From: Longimicrobiales bacterium
GTDB taxonomy: Bacteria > Gemmatimonadota > Gemmatimonadetes > Longimicrobiales > Gaopeijiaceae
Assembly (NCBI GenBank): GCA_965213665.1
Contig: CBDBZW010000002.1
Location: 48,064-112,063, forward strand
Length of the DNA stretch: 64,000 nucleotides
Reading direction: 5' to 3'
Made by a program: the position numbers and the translations under genes. Within the stretch, counting starts at the first letter, position 1, and the number at the start of each line of letters is the position of its first letter. The notes under the pieces are model-generated. The model was not told where the DNA came from, did not search any database, and was given only the letters and a program-made list of their open reading frames with translations. Positions 26,771 through 36,170 of the stretch are shown here, piece by piece.

Positions 26771-27661
26771 ATGACTCCGGTGCCGGATTGGGGACGCAGT
26801 CTGCCGTGGCTGTGGGCGGGAACCACGTGGCGGGTGGATGGATTCGTGGCCGGGGAGTGGCCGGGAAATGGGGACGAGGCCGTGGCGGCGGTGATCGAGC
26901 GGGGGATCGAGGGGAGGCCGCTGTCGCAAGAGCGCGAAGCTGACTCGGGTATTGTAGCCACCGAGCGGGAGGTTGGGGCCGGGGCGCGAGCGAACGACGG
27001 AGCGGAGGTCGGCGGCGGGGTCACCCAGCGGGAGATTGCGGCCGTGACGGAAGCGTTGCGCAAAGCGGGATGGGCGACGGTCGTGCGAAGCCGCCAGGTG
27101 CACGGTGCGCGCTGCCGCATTCACCGCGCCGACGGGCTGGTCGGCCAGAATCGCAACAAGCGTCTGCCCACGGGGGAATGCATGGCGGACGACGGCGATG
27201 GCCATGCTACGCGAGATCCGGGGGTTCTGCTTGCGGTCACGCTCGCCGATTGCGTTCCCGTCTTTGTGGCCGACCCGGTGAACTGCGCGGTGGGGATCTT
27301 TCATGCGGGGTGGCGGGGAACGGCGGCGGGTGTGGTCGAGAACGGGCTACGCGCGATGCGGGGAGCCTTCGGGAGCGAGGCTGCCGAGCTACGCCTTCAT
27401 CTGGGTCCCGCGATCTGCGGACGTTGTTACGAGGTGGGGCCCGAGGTCTTCGCCGCGCTCGGAGAGATTCCACCCCCCCGCCCCCACCACCTCGACCTTC
27501 GCCGCGTCATCCGTCGTCGCGTGTTGGCCACGGGCGTCCCGCCCGGCCACCTCACCACAAGCGCGGAGTGCACCCTTTGCGGTGACGGTCGCTACTACTC
27601 GTACCGGGGCGGCGACGGCGGCCGCCACCTTGGCCTCATCGGGATCGTGGCCGAACGGTGA
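26771..27661 (+). CDS. pgeF: Peptidoglycan editing factor PgeF (YfiH/DUF152, laccase-domain protein)
   Basis: RQVHG, DGHATRDPGVLLAVTLADCVPVF, IFHAGWRGTAAGV, CGRCYEVG and YSYRG motifs. The start is uncertain (ATG 26771 or 26672); the listed ORF start at 26390 is unlikely. Confidence 0.75.
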   Translation: MTPVPDWGRSLPWLWAGTTWRVDGFVAGEWPGNGDEAVAAVIERGIEGRPLSQEREADSGIVATEREVGAGARANDGAEVGGGVTQREIAAVTEALRKAGWATVVRSRQVHGARCRIHRADGLVGQNRNKRLPTGECMADDGDGHATRDPGVLLAVTLADCVPVFVADPVNCAVGIFHAGWRGTAAGVVENGLRAMRGAFGSEAAELRLHLGPAICGRCYEVGPEVFAALGEIPPPRPHHLDLRRVIRRRVLATGVPPGHLTTSAECTLCGDGRYYSYRGGDGGRHLGLIGIVAER

Positions 27662-29457
27662 CGCCCTCCATCTCTGCCGCCTGGGCGCTGGTTGGGCTTC
27701 ACGCGCTGGTCCTTGTCCTCCTGGTTCCCTTTGCGCTCCACCGTCTCCGCCTGGCCGTGCTTTCGCGCCGCGAGCCGCCCCCACCGCGCCAGACGCGCAT
27801 CCCCACGTCCCCGCCTCCGCCTCACCCGCCCGATGCCCGCGTCCCTCTCCCCCCGCTCACGCCTCACGAAGCCCATCACCACGCCGCCCTGCCGCGTGAA
27901 TCCACCCCGCCCCGCGTCACCATCCAGCTTCCTCTTCACAACGAACGCCACGTCGTCGAGCGCCTCATCGACGCCGCCTGCCGCCTCGAGCACCCGCCCG
28001 ACCGTCTCCAGATCCAGATCCTCGACGATTCGACCGACGACACCACCGCCCTCGCCGAACGCCGGGCCGTTCTGTGGCAACGGCGCGGAATCGACATCGC
28101 CGTTCTTCACCGCACCGTGCGCACCGGCTACAAGGCGGGCGCCCTGGCCGCGGGACTCGAAGCGGCGACTGGCGAGTTCATCCTCATCCTGGACGCCGAT
28201 TTTCTGCCCGCACCCTCGCTGCTACGCGAGCTCCTTTCCTCGATGGACGATCCTGCGGTGGGGATGGTGCAAGCCCGCTGGGACCACCTCAATGCGAGCG
28301 ATTCATGGCTGACGCGGGCACAGGCGCTTCTCCTCGACGGCCACTTCCTGGTGGAACAGCGGGGACGCTGCCGCGGCGAACGCTTCTTCAACTTCAATGG
28401 CACGGCCGGGCTCTGGCGGCGGCGCGCTCTGGTCGGGGCCGGAGGCTGGCGCGCCGACACCCTCACCGAGGATCTCGACATCAGCTACCGCGCGCAGATG
28501 GCGGGTTGGCGCTTCGTCATGCGTGACGACATCGGGGCTCTGGCCGAGCTTCCGGGTACGCGGGCATCCTTTCTGGTGCAGCAGCGGCGCTGGGCGCAGG
28601 GGGGCGTGCAGACCGCGCGCAAGATCCTTCCTTCGCTCATGCGCGGTCCCTTCCCGTGGGCCGTGAAGCGCGAAGCATTCCACCATCTGTGCGGCCACCT
28701 GACCCATCCCCTCACCTTCGTCCTATCCGTCCTCATCGTTCCCTCGGCGATTGCCCGCAAGACCCTCGGACTGGGTGCGCTCTGGTGGCTGGACCCGCTG
28801 GTCTTCCTCCTGGCCACCGTTCCCTTCGTAATCTTCTACGCGGTGGCGGCCCGCAGGCGTGCGCTGCTCGATCCCGGGCCCGGGCCAACCTCCCGCACCT
28901 TCCTCCGACGCACTCCGGCCCGCCGGCGCCAACGCATCCTCCACACCCTCCGCCACATTACCCTCACCCTGGCGGTCGGATGCGGTCTCTCGCTGCAGCT
29001 CACCGGCGCGGCGCTGCGCGGACTTGGCCGCTCGTCCGGTCCCTTCCGGCGCACGCCCAAATCGGGGGGCGCGGCCCGGTCCAGCTACGAGCGCTCCGGC
29101 GGCGGTTTCCCGGGTCGTCGGCTGGCGCGGACGGCGGGGCTTCTCATGGCGAACTCGGCGGTGGTGGCGGTGGCGACCGGACACTGGGGATCGCTTCCCT
29201 TTGTGGCGCTATTCGGTAGCGGTCACATTCTCTTCGGCTTTGGCCCCGGCCTGTTGCGTGCGCGGCGAACGCTGTCTCGCGAGCGAATCGACACCACGCG
29301 GAGAGGCCAGCTCGCGGATGGCGCCCGGGAGATCGCGAATCAGGAGCGCCCACACCGGAACCCAGAGCGCAAGCCGAACCACGACGGGCTGCGGCCAGAT
29401 TCCACTCTCCAGGTGCGAGGCCAGCCCCCAATAACCGAGGAATGCGAGGCCGCCTAG
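27658..29457 (+). CDS. Processive family-2 glycosyltransferase (cellulose-synthase/CslA-like, membrane-embedded)
   Basis: ILDDSTDDT, ILILDADF (DxD), TEDLDISYR and QQRRWAQGG (QxxRW) motifs, with N- and C-terminal TM helices. The GTG start overlaps the pgeF stop (GTGA). The 3' tail overlaps the convergent gene. Confidence 0.75.
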   Translation: MTPSISAAWALVGLHALVLVLLVPFALHRLRLAVLSRREPPPPRQTRIPTSPPPPHPPDARVPLPPLTPHEAHHHAALPRESTPPRVTIQLPLHNERHVVERLIDAACRLEHPPDRLQIQILDDSTDDTTALAERRAVLWQRRGIDIAVLHRTVRTGYKAGALAAGLEAATGEFILILDADFLPAPSLLRELLSSMDDPAVGMVQARWDHLNASDSWLTRAQALLLDGHFLVEQRGRCRGERFFNFNGTAGLWRRRALVGAGGWRADTLTEDLDISYRAQMAGWRFVMRDDIGALAELPGTRASFLVQQRRWAQGGVQTARKILPSLMRGPFPWAVKREAFHHLCGHLTHPLTFVLSVLIVPSAIARKTLGLGALWWLDPLVFLLATVPFVIFYAVAARRRALLDPGPGPTSRTFLRRTPARRRQRILHTLRHITLTLAVGCGLSLQLTGAALRGLGRSSGPFRRTPKSGGAARSSYERSGGGFPGRRLARTAGLLMANSAVVAVATGHWGSLPFVALFGSGHILFGFGPGLLRARRTLSRERIDTTRRGQLADGAREIANQERPHRNPERKPNHDGLRPDSTLQVRGQPPITEECEAA

Positions 29458-30912
29458 CAACAGGAAGGCGCGGTTGCCGCGGAGGGCTGCCATGGGAAGT
29501 GTCCAGAGGGTGTACCAGGGATGGACGGTCGGCGAGAGCAGAATTCCCGCCCCGATCGTCCAGAGCAGCGCGCGTTCGAGCGAGAAGGACCGCCATGTGG
29601 CCAACGCCACGACGCCAGCCACAGCGATGCCCGCCACAATCCGAGCGTGGACCGGATCCCCCAACAGCCGCTCGATCAGCGCGAAGGCACCCTCGTTGGC
29701 GGACCAGTGGCGCGCGTAGATGCGGAGTCCCGCAGTGAGGTCGGCCAGCCCCGATTCCAGAGAAGCAAGCCCCGCTCGCAGAGAAGCAAGCCCCGCTCGC
29801 AGAGAAGCAAGCCCCGCTCCCAGGGAGTCAGGTCCACCGCCCGAGCCCAGCCCCGTTTCACCAAAGCCCAGCCCCATTCCGGCAAAGGGAAGCACCAGCG
29901 CGGCGCACACACCCGCAAACGCCGCCAGCGCCCAGACCCCTTGCCACCGGAATGGAACCCCCTGCCGCTTGAGGAGAAGGGGAAGCACGACGGCCGGCGC
30001 GAACTTGACGAGCGTCGCGATCGCCAGCAACCCCCCCGAGAGGGCCGCACGGAGCGATTCTCGGGCGCGAACGATGTGGGCACGATCGACCGCCAGGATC
30101 AGCGCGGCGAGCAGAAAGAGACCCACGGAATCGAAGTGGGCGCTCCAGGAGGTCTCCACGATCAGCAGCGGCGACCAGAGATACCAGATGAGGACGGCAA
30201 GGACGGTTCGGCCACGGCGCCGCGCGATCAGCGCCAGGAGCATCCCGCAACCCAGATCGAAGAGGAGCCAGAGCGACTTGGAGAGGAGGATGAGCGTGGT
30301 GGTCGCGGACGGGCCAGGATCGGTTGGGGCCCGTTGGTTCGGAGTCGGCCGGTTCGGAGGAAGCCCGGAGTTGGCGGAATCGGTCTGGTCCCGCAGGACG
30401 GGGGTGCCCCCGTTCGCGACCGGATCGTTTGCGGCGGACTTGTTTGCGACAGGTCGGTCACCTTCGACGATCCGTCCCGCTCCCGCCACCGCGCCAAAGA
30501 GAAGCTGTGCGACGGGCGGATAGATGGTGGGGACTTCCGCGTGATTGATCCGGTCGTGCCAGGGGGTGACGAGCGCGGCCAGCGTGTCGTCGGCGGGGGC
30601 GTGGGCGTAGGGATTGATGCCCTGGGCGACGAGGTGGCCGTCCCGGAGGTAGCGGTAGACGTCGTCGGAGAGGAGGGGGGGAAGGGGAAGGAGGACGAGG
30701 CGGGCCAGGATCGCGACGGTCCAGACGATGGCGGTGGTGTGGGGGGCGGGGGAAGGGCGGAAGCGCTCGGCCGCGAAGCCCGCGCGGAGGTAACAGAGGA
30801 AGGCGGCGGCCGGAAGGAGGAGGCGGGGAAGGGGGAGGGGGATCTGGTCGAACCAGCCGAAGAGGGCGAGCAGAAGCGTGAGAAGGAGGCCGGGAAGGAG
30901 GAGTTGTGCCAC
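29209..30912 (-). CDS. Polytopic GT-C-type glycosyl/mannosyltransferase-like membrane protein (DUF2029/GT87-like)
   Basis: Many TM helices. Motifs LLSDDVYRYLRDGHLVAQGINPY and SPTVHPWYTLW are typical of this family. A GTG start at 30912 is proposed; the upstream part of the 879-aa ORF is antisense to the next gene. Confidence 0.6.
   Translation of the reverse strand: MAQLLLPGLLLTLLLALFGWFDQIPLPLPRLLLPAAAFLCYLRAGFAAERFRPSPAPHTTAIVWTVAILARLVLLPLPPLLSDDVYRYLRDGHLVAQGINPYAHAPADDTLAALVTPWHDRINHAEVPTIYPPVAQLLFGAVAGAGRIVEGDRPVANKSAANDPVANGGTPVLRDQTDSANSGLPPNRPTPNQRAPTDPGPSATTTLILLSKSLWLLFDLGCGMLLALIARRRGRTVLAVLIWYLWSPLLIVETSWSAHFDSVGLFLLAALILAVDRAHIVRARESLRAALSGGLLAIATLVKFAPAVVLPLLLKRQGVPFRWQGVWALAAFAGVCAALVLPFAGMGLGFGETGLGSGGGPDSLGAGLASLRAGLASLRAGLASLESGLADLTAGLRIYARHWSANEGAFALIERLLGDPVHARIVAGIAVAGVVALATWRSFSLERALLWTIGAGILLSPTVHPWYTLWTLPMAALRGNRAFLLLGGLAFLGYWGLASHLESGIWPQPVVVRLALWVPVWALLIRDLPGAIRELASPRGVDSLARQRSPRTQQAGAKAEENVTATE
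29748..29831. repeat. In-frame 21-nt tandem repeat inside the GT-C gene: three consecutive copies (two identical, the third with one substitution) plus one degenerate copy
   Basis: agagaagcaagccccgctcgc occurs at 29769 and 29790, and again at 29811 with one change. It encodes the heptad repeats AGLASLR / AGLASLR / AGLASLE. Confidence 0.85.
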
Positions 30913-31740
30913 GGGGCCGAAGGCTTTGCGGTCGCGGCTGGCCCGGTCACGCCCGGCACGGACCCACCCGGCGCGGGCGAGCCCCCCCGTGGTGCGAACC
31001 CGCCCGGAGCGATTGCCCCCCGCACGGCCACCCTGCTCGCGCGCACCGCCGTCCTGATTCCGGCGCTGAATGAAGAGGAAGCCCTCCCGGCCACCCTCGC
31101 CGCGCTTCCGGCCGCCGCCCTCGGCCCGGTCGTGGTTGTGGACAACGGCTCGACCGACCGCACGGCCGCCCTTGCCCGCGCGGCCGGCGCGATCGTCGTG
31201 CGGGAGAGCGAACGCGGCTACGGCGCTGCCTGCCTGGCCGGGATCCGGCATCTTTCCTCGTTGCGGCCGCGGCCTCGCGCGGTCGTCTTCGTGGACGCGG
31301 ACCACCCCGCCGACGCGGCGCGCATTCCCGTCATCGTTGGACCGCTGGCGCGCGGCGCCGATCTCGCGCTGGGGGTGCGCACCCTGTCCGGTGGCCGCAC
31401 AGGCAACCGCCACCCCCACGCGCGGTGGGGAAATCGTGCGGTGCTGGCCGTGGTCCGCCTGCTCTTTGGCCGCCATTTTCGCGATCTGCCGCCCTTTCGC
31501 GCAATAGGCATGGCCGCGCTCGCCAGGCTGAATCTCGACGATCGCAACTGGGGCTGGACGCTGCAGATGCAGTTGCGCGCGGTGGCCCATGGCCTCGCCA
31601 TCGTCGAGATCGGCTTGCCGCACGGGCGTCGCAGCGGTGGCCGCTCCAAGATTTCGGGCCGGGCCCTGATGACGGTGCGCGTGGGGGCGAAGATGCTGTG
31701 GACGGTGGCGCGGGAGTGGGGGTGGGGGGGAAAACCCTGA
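30904..31740 (+). CDS. Small family-2 glycosyltransferase (polyprenol-phosphate glycosyltransferase-like)
   Basis: VLIPALNEEEALPATL, VVVDNGSTDRT and VFVDADH motifs. Only the C-terminal ~280 aa of the 739-aa listed ORF look genuine. The only canonical in-frame start nearby is TTG 30904. Confidence 0.65.
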   Translation: MCHGAEGFAVAAGPVTPGTDPPGAGEPPRGANPPGAIAPRTATLLARTAVLIPALNEEEALPATLAALPAAALGPVVVVDNGSTDRTAALARAAGAIVVRESERGYGAACLAGIRHLSSLRPRPRAVVFVDADHPADAARIPVIVGPLARGADLALGVRTLSGGRTGNRHPHARWGNRAVLAVVRLLFGRHFRDLPPFRAIGMAALARLNLDDRNWGWTLQMQLRAVAHGLAIVEIGLPHGRRSGGRSKISGRALMTVRVGAKMLWTVAREWGWGGKP

Positions 31741-31768
31741 CGCGCGAAGGCCCGGGCCGCGGATCGCC

Positions 31769-34573
31769 TCAGGGGTTGGGCAGAGGAACGATCGCCGCGC
31801 CGCGGTCCTCCATTTCGGCCGCCATCGCCGGGTGGCAGGTGAAGACAAAAACCTGGCGCTCCTCGGCGAGCTGTTCCAGCAGATCCAGGGCGCCGTCGCG
31901 CCGCCAGGCGTCCCAGTTCACGAAGGCCTCGTCCATGAATATCGGCAGCGTCTCGTGGCCCGCATCCAGGTGGTTGACGATCGCAAGCCGGATCGCGAAG
32001 TACACCTGTTCGCGCGTCCCCTGCGACAGACATTCGTCCACGCGCACCCGGGGAAGGTCGTCGTCGCCGCCGGCCGGAGCTCCCACGGGCGAGCGGCGCA
32101 GGCGGAAGATCTCGTCGTCTTCGTCTCCCAGCTCGATGCGGTCGTAGCGTCCGGCGGTCACCTGACGCAGGTAGCGCTCGGCCCGCAGAACGAGTTCGGG
32201 TTGGTTCTCGTCGCGGAAGCGCCGATCGGCCGTGCGGATCAGGCGCGAAATGACCAGGGCGCGGTCGCGATCCTCTCTGGCGCGGCGCAGTCCTTCCTCC
32301 AGGACCGCAATGCGGCCGTCGATCGCGTCTACGGCGTCGCCCTCGCTCAACTGCCCGATTCGGGTTTCCAGCGTTGCGATCGTCGCCTGCAGCGTCTCGA
32401 CCCTGGCGGTCATGGCGTCGATCCGCTCCGCCACCTCGTCGATCCGCTCCCGTAGCCCCTCCCAGGATTCCCCATCGGCCTCCGCCCGCGCGATCTCCTC
32501 TTCGCGCTCCGCCAGGTCCTTGTGGCTCCGCTCGAGCTCGGAGCGAAGCGCCTTCGCCCGCTGCGCCGCCGCCATCCGTTCGGCCGCGACCCGCGCGCCC
32601 CGGTCCGCATTGCCACCGCCCAGCGGGGACAGCCGCTCCCGGAGCGCCGCCAGCTCCCTGCCGACGGCCTGGAACTCGCCCTCGTCCGCCTTTCGTTCCT
32701 CTGCCTCGCGCTCCTGGCTCCGGCGGGCCGCCTCCATCGCCTCGCGGGCCTGGCGCGCGGAATCCAGCAGCTCGCCCATGTCGGCATTCTTGCCGCTGTC
32801 GCGGGGCAGGATCGAGCGCAGCCCGACCTCCACCTCGCGAATGTCGCGGCGCACCTCCTCCACCACCGCCACGCGTGCATCCATCTCCTCGTTGGCCTCC
32901 ATGATTCTCCGTGCCAGGTCGCCCAGCTCGCCGACCTTCGCGACCAGTCCCGGGTCAAGTGTGGCCAGTTCACCCGGCGCGATCGACAGATCGCTGACCA
33001 ACTCCACGACCGCTGCGCGGGCATCCTCCTCGGCCTTCTCGCGCTTGGCGATTCTCCGCGCCCGCATCTGCTCGGCATCCGCCAGCGCGCGCTGGTAGCG
33101 GGAAAAGCGGGCCCCGCCCGCACGGTGCACGAGCAGCAGGATCACTCCCGCGATCCCCAGCACGACCGCCGCCGTGGCGCCCTGCACGGCTCCGATCTCG
33201 ATCCCGGCCGGCAACGGCAGCACGCTGTCGGGCCGCAGAATCGGCCAGGCGGCCAACCCCAGACCGGCGGCGAGGGCTGCGACCGCGCCCACGAACTGCA
33301 GGATGCTCGGGGGTTCAGCCCGGGGAACGCGCGTCAGCAGGGGGCGCTCGGCGTTCTCCCTCTCGATCTGCGTGGCGGCCTGCGCGCGCTCGTACACCCC
33401 CAGCCGCCGCATCATGTCGACGCGTGGCACGGCGGCCAGGACGCTCAGCGGAACCCGCTTCCAGGGCACCACGAAGAACGACTGTCCCGCCTCTTCGCCC
33501 TCGGCGATCAGTCCATCCACCTTTTCGCGCGCAACCTGGGCGTCGGCGTCCAGCCGAATCAGCGACTTCCGCCGGTCGATCGCTTCGATCACCCGCTCCT
33601 CGGCTCCCAGAACGACCGGGTGATGACTGTGCCCGTACGCCTCGATGGCTTCGCGGCAGGTTGCCTCGCGGCGCTTGCGGTCCTCGATCCGGATCCCCAC
33701 CTCGGAGTGACGCCTCCGCAGCTCCTCCAGCCGCGCGGCCGGGTCGCCGGGGAGTCCGTCGATCTCCTGCCGCGCCCCGGACTGCTCGCGCAGCTCGGCG
33801 ATCCGCACCAGCACCTCGCGCACCGGCTGCAGACGGGCCAGGCGATCCTCCAGCATCGTCCGGAAATCCCGCTTGTCGGCGAGACGCCGCCGCACCTCGG
33901 CGCGTTCTTCTTCCGCGCTGCGCTTCCCGGCCATGGCCCCGCGCAGACTCTCGTCGCGTTCCACCGCCTCGCGCCGCCCCTCCCGCACGATCGCCAGCTC
34001 TTTCCTCAGAGTCCGGGCAAGCGGCTTGCCCCGCCGGTCGGATCTCCAGAGACGATTTGCTTCGACGACGAGTGCAGCGGCCACCTTGCGCGGCGGACGC
34101 AGACCCTTCATTCCCAATGCCGCCACCAGCCTGTCCTGCACCAGCGCCCAGCTTTCGCCCTCAAGCGAGGCCAGCTCGCGCAGCGTCAACGCATAGACCT
34201 GGCGGAAGATCCCGCGGCCCACATGCTGGACGGCCGGGAACGCGCGGTTGCGAAGCTCCTCGGTGCGGTCCCCATCCGATGCCGAACCCTGCCCCGAAGC
34301 GCCGAGACGACGTTGGAGCTCGATGACCGTCCCCTCGTCCAGGCGAATGCGCGCGCTGCCCTCGGGGTCGCCGCTACCGGACCAGGGGGTGCGTGGATGA
34401 CGCTCGCGCGAGGCCGGGCTGAAGCCGTACAGAAGGTCGGTGAGGAAGGAAAAGAAGGTGGATTTGCCGCTCTCGTTCGGCCCCAGCACCACGACAACCG
34501 ACGACAGCGGGGAGGCGGTCTCCAGCTTCTCCAGACACCCGTAGCGGGCGATGTGCACGGATTCGATTCTCAC
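31769..34573 (-). CDS. SMC/SbcC-like AAA ATPase of the YhaN type, with long coiled coils and a central TM hairpin
   Basis: GTG start gives MRIESVHIARYGCLE...VLGPNESGKST (Walker A). C-terminal PIFMDEAFVNWD (Walker B). Mid-protein hydrophobic pair FVGAVAALAAGLGLAAWPIL / AAVVLGIAGVILLLV. The start overlaps the upstream stop (GTGA). Confidence 0.75.
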   Translation of the reverse strand: MRIESVHIARYGCLEKLETASPLSSVVVVLGPNESGKSTFFSFLTDLLYGFSPASRERHPRTPWSGSGDPEGSARIRLDEGTVIELQRRLGASGQGSASDGDRTEELRNRAFPAVQHVGRGIFRQVYALTLRELASLEGESWALVQDRLVAALGMKGLRPPRKVAAALVVEANRLWRSDRRGKPLARTLRKELAIVREGRREAVERDESLRGAMAGKRSAEEERAEVRRRLADKRDFRTMLEDRLARLQPVREVLVRIAELREQSGARQEIDGLPGDPAARLEELRRRHSEVGIRIEDRKRREATCREAIEAYGHSHHPVVLGAEERVIEAIDRRKSLIRLDADAQVAREKVDGLIAEGEEAGQSFFVVPWKRVPLSVLAAVPRVDMMRRLGVYERAQAATQIERENAERPLLTRVPRAEPPSILQFVGAVAALAAGLGLAAWPILRPDSVLPLPAGIEIGAVQGATAAVVLGIAGVILLLVHRAGGARFSRYQRALADAEQMRARRIAKREKAEEDARAAVVELVSDLSIAPGELATLDPGLVAKVGELGDLARRIMEANEEMDARVAVVEEVRRDIREVEVGLRSILPRDSGKNADMGELLDSARQAREAMEAARRSQEREAEERKADEGEFQAVGRELAALRERLSPLGGGNADRGARVAAERMAAAQRAKALRSELERSHKDLAEREEEIARAEADGESWEGLRERIDEVAERIDAMTARVETLQATIATLETRIGQLSEGDAVDAIDGRIAVLEEGLRRAREDRDRALVISRLIRTADRRFRDENQPELVLRAERYLRQVTAGRYDRIELGDEDDEIFRLRRSPVGAPAGGDDDLPRVRVDECLSQGTREQVYFAIRLAIVNHLDAGHETLPIFMDEAFVNWDAWRRDGALDLLEQLAEERQVFVFTCHPAMAAEMEDRGAAIVPLPNP

Positions 34574-35889
34574 TCGGCAATCTCCTCGGGGTCGAGCATG
34601 CGCACGACGATCTCTTCTTCCGCACCGGCGAGAATACGCGCCAGGTAGGCGGCTACGGTGCCGTCGCGGCCGGGATCGAAACCGGCCAGGTCCTCCTCGC
34701 CGATTCCCGCTGGTTCGGCGCCCGTGGCCACCTTGCGGACCAGGCGCAGGGCGGAACCGAGCACATCGGGGCGTTCGGCGTACTCCTCTACGCGCACCGG
34801 GGGACGGACTCCGGCGGCGCTCACCTCGGCGCCCGCAAGACCGAGCCGTGCCGCCACCTCTTCGGCCATGGTGTCGAGCTCGGACGCGTTGCGAAGCTGC
34901 TGCCAGAGCGGCGACGGTCCCGCAAGTTCCGCCGCCAGAATCCACTCGGTCCCCGGGGTGCCCGGATCGGTCTGCCGCGCCGCCTTCCACGCCTCTTCGA
35001 CCACCCGGACCGCGTCGTCCAGGGAACGGGCCTCGGCCAGGGCGGCCACCGCCAGCTTCTCCCACCGGAGCGGAGCGAACTCGCGGAACTCCACAACGGG
35101 GGCGTCCGGCTTCGCCAGATCGACAAGCAGTCCTCCGCGCGGCCCGGTTTCTCCCGGACTCCGGCCCTGAATGCTGCCGCTGTAGTGAACCGCGGGCCGC
35201 GCCGAGAGCTCCTGGCGGTTGTGGACATGACCCAGCGCCCAGTAGTGGAAACCGGCGGATCGCAAAGAGTCCAGCGAAGACGGGGCGTAGGGTCTGTGAA
35301 CCCCCCCGGAGGAAGATGAAACGACCTGCGTGTGGAGGAGCGCCACCTGCGGCAGGCCGGTCCCGGGCACCGGTTGCAGAAGCCCGGCAAGATTGCGGGT
35401 TTCCGCCGCCGCGGCGTGCCCGATTCCCGTTACGTATCCCACCGTGCCGTGGTCGCTCCCGGTCTGCGCCGCCGTCTGGGCCGGGATCCGCTCCGCCCCC
35501 CCCTCCCCCCCTCCCCCACTCCGCGCCCCTATGGCCACGGTCGCCGGTTCGTCGGCCGCGATGACCGTTACGGTGGCGGGCCAGTCGAGGCTGCGGGTGC
35601 GGCGGCTGTCGCCGGGGTCGTGGTTGCCGGTTGCATAGACGGTCCGGATCCCTGCCTCGTGCAGCCGCGCCAACTGCCCGAGCAGGAAGCGTTCGCTGTC
35701 GAAGGAAAGGAAATCGCCGTCGAAGAGGTCGCCCGCGATCAGCAGCGCGTCCACCCCTTCGGCCAGGGCGGTGTCCACGCAGCGGGTGAGCGCGGTGCGG
35801 GTGGCGGCACGCAGGCGCGACCTGAGTGCATCCGAGCGGCCGGCGAAGGGCGTGTCCAGATGAAGGTCGGCAATGTGGAGAAAGCGCAA
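34570..35889 (-). CDS. Metallophosphoesterase, SbcD/Mre11/YhaO-like DNA exonuclease
   Basis: TTG start with GGAG 8 nt upstream gives MRFLHIADLHLD. Also GDLFD, GNHD and ALGHVH motifs. Confidence 0.75.
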   Translation of the reverse strand: MRFLHIADLHLDTPFAGRSDALRSRLRAATRTALTRCVDTALAEGVDALLIAGDLFDGDFLSFDSERFLLGQLARLHEAGIRTVYATGNHDPGDSRRTRSLDWPATVTVIAADEPATVAIGARSGGGGEGGAERIPAQTAAQTGSDHGTVGYVTGIGHAAAAETRNLAGLLQPVPGTGLPQVALLHTQVVSSSSGGVHRPYAPSSLDSLRSAGFHYWALGHVHNRQELSARPAVHYSGSIQGRSPGETGPRGGLLVDLAKPDAPVVEFREFAPLRWEKLAVAALAEARSLDDAVRVVEEAWKAARQTDPGTPGTEWILAAELAGPSPLWQQLRNASELDTMAEEVAARLGLAGAEVSAAGVRPPVRVEEYAERPDVLGSALRLVRKVATGAEPAGIGEEDLAGFDPGRDGTVAAYLARILAGAEEEIVVRMLDPEEIAE

Positions 35890-36170
35890 AGCAGAAACTC
35901 CTCGGGGGAAGGGTGAACCCGGCGGCCCCGGGGCTGGTCCGGACGACCCGCGTCTCGGGCGGAGAGTTTCCCGGCGACGGCCCGGGACTCCGGCGACAGG
36001 CTTCCGTCGATAAGGTAACCCGCATCTTGCGCGCGGGGGCGGTGGCGCCCCTTCCCGGCCCGGGGACGAAGCGCGTGTCGCGCGTCTGGCGGCGGCGGTG
36101 GCCCGTGGGTAAGCTACTGGCCCACTCCGCCGCGTCCGTTCCGGCAAACCAGGCAGGGAGCCCATTCGCC

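Noticed and set aside
29521-30903. N-terminal ~460 aa of the 739-aa plus-strand ORF
   Set aside because: It is antisense to the polytopic GT-C gene. Only the C-terminal part (from about 30904) shows GT2 motifs.
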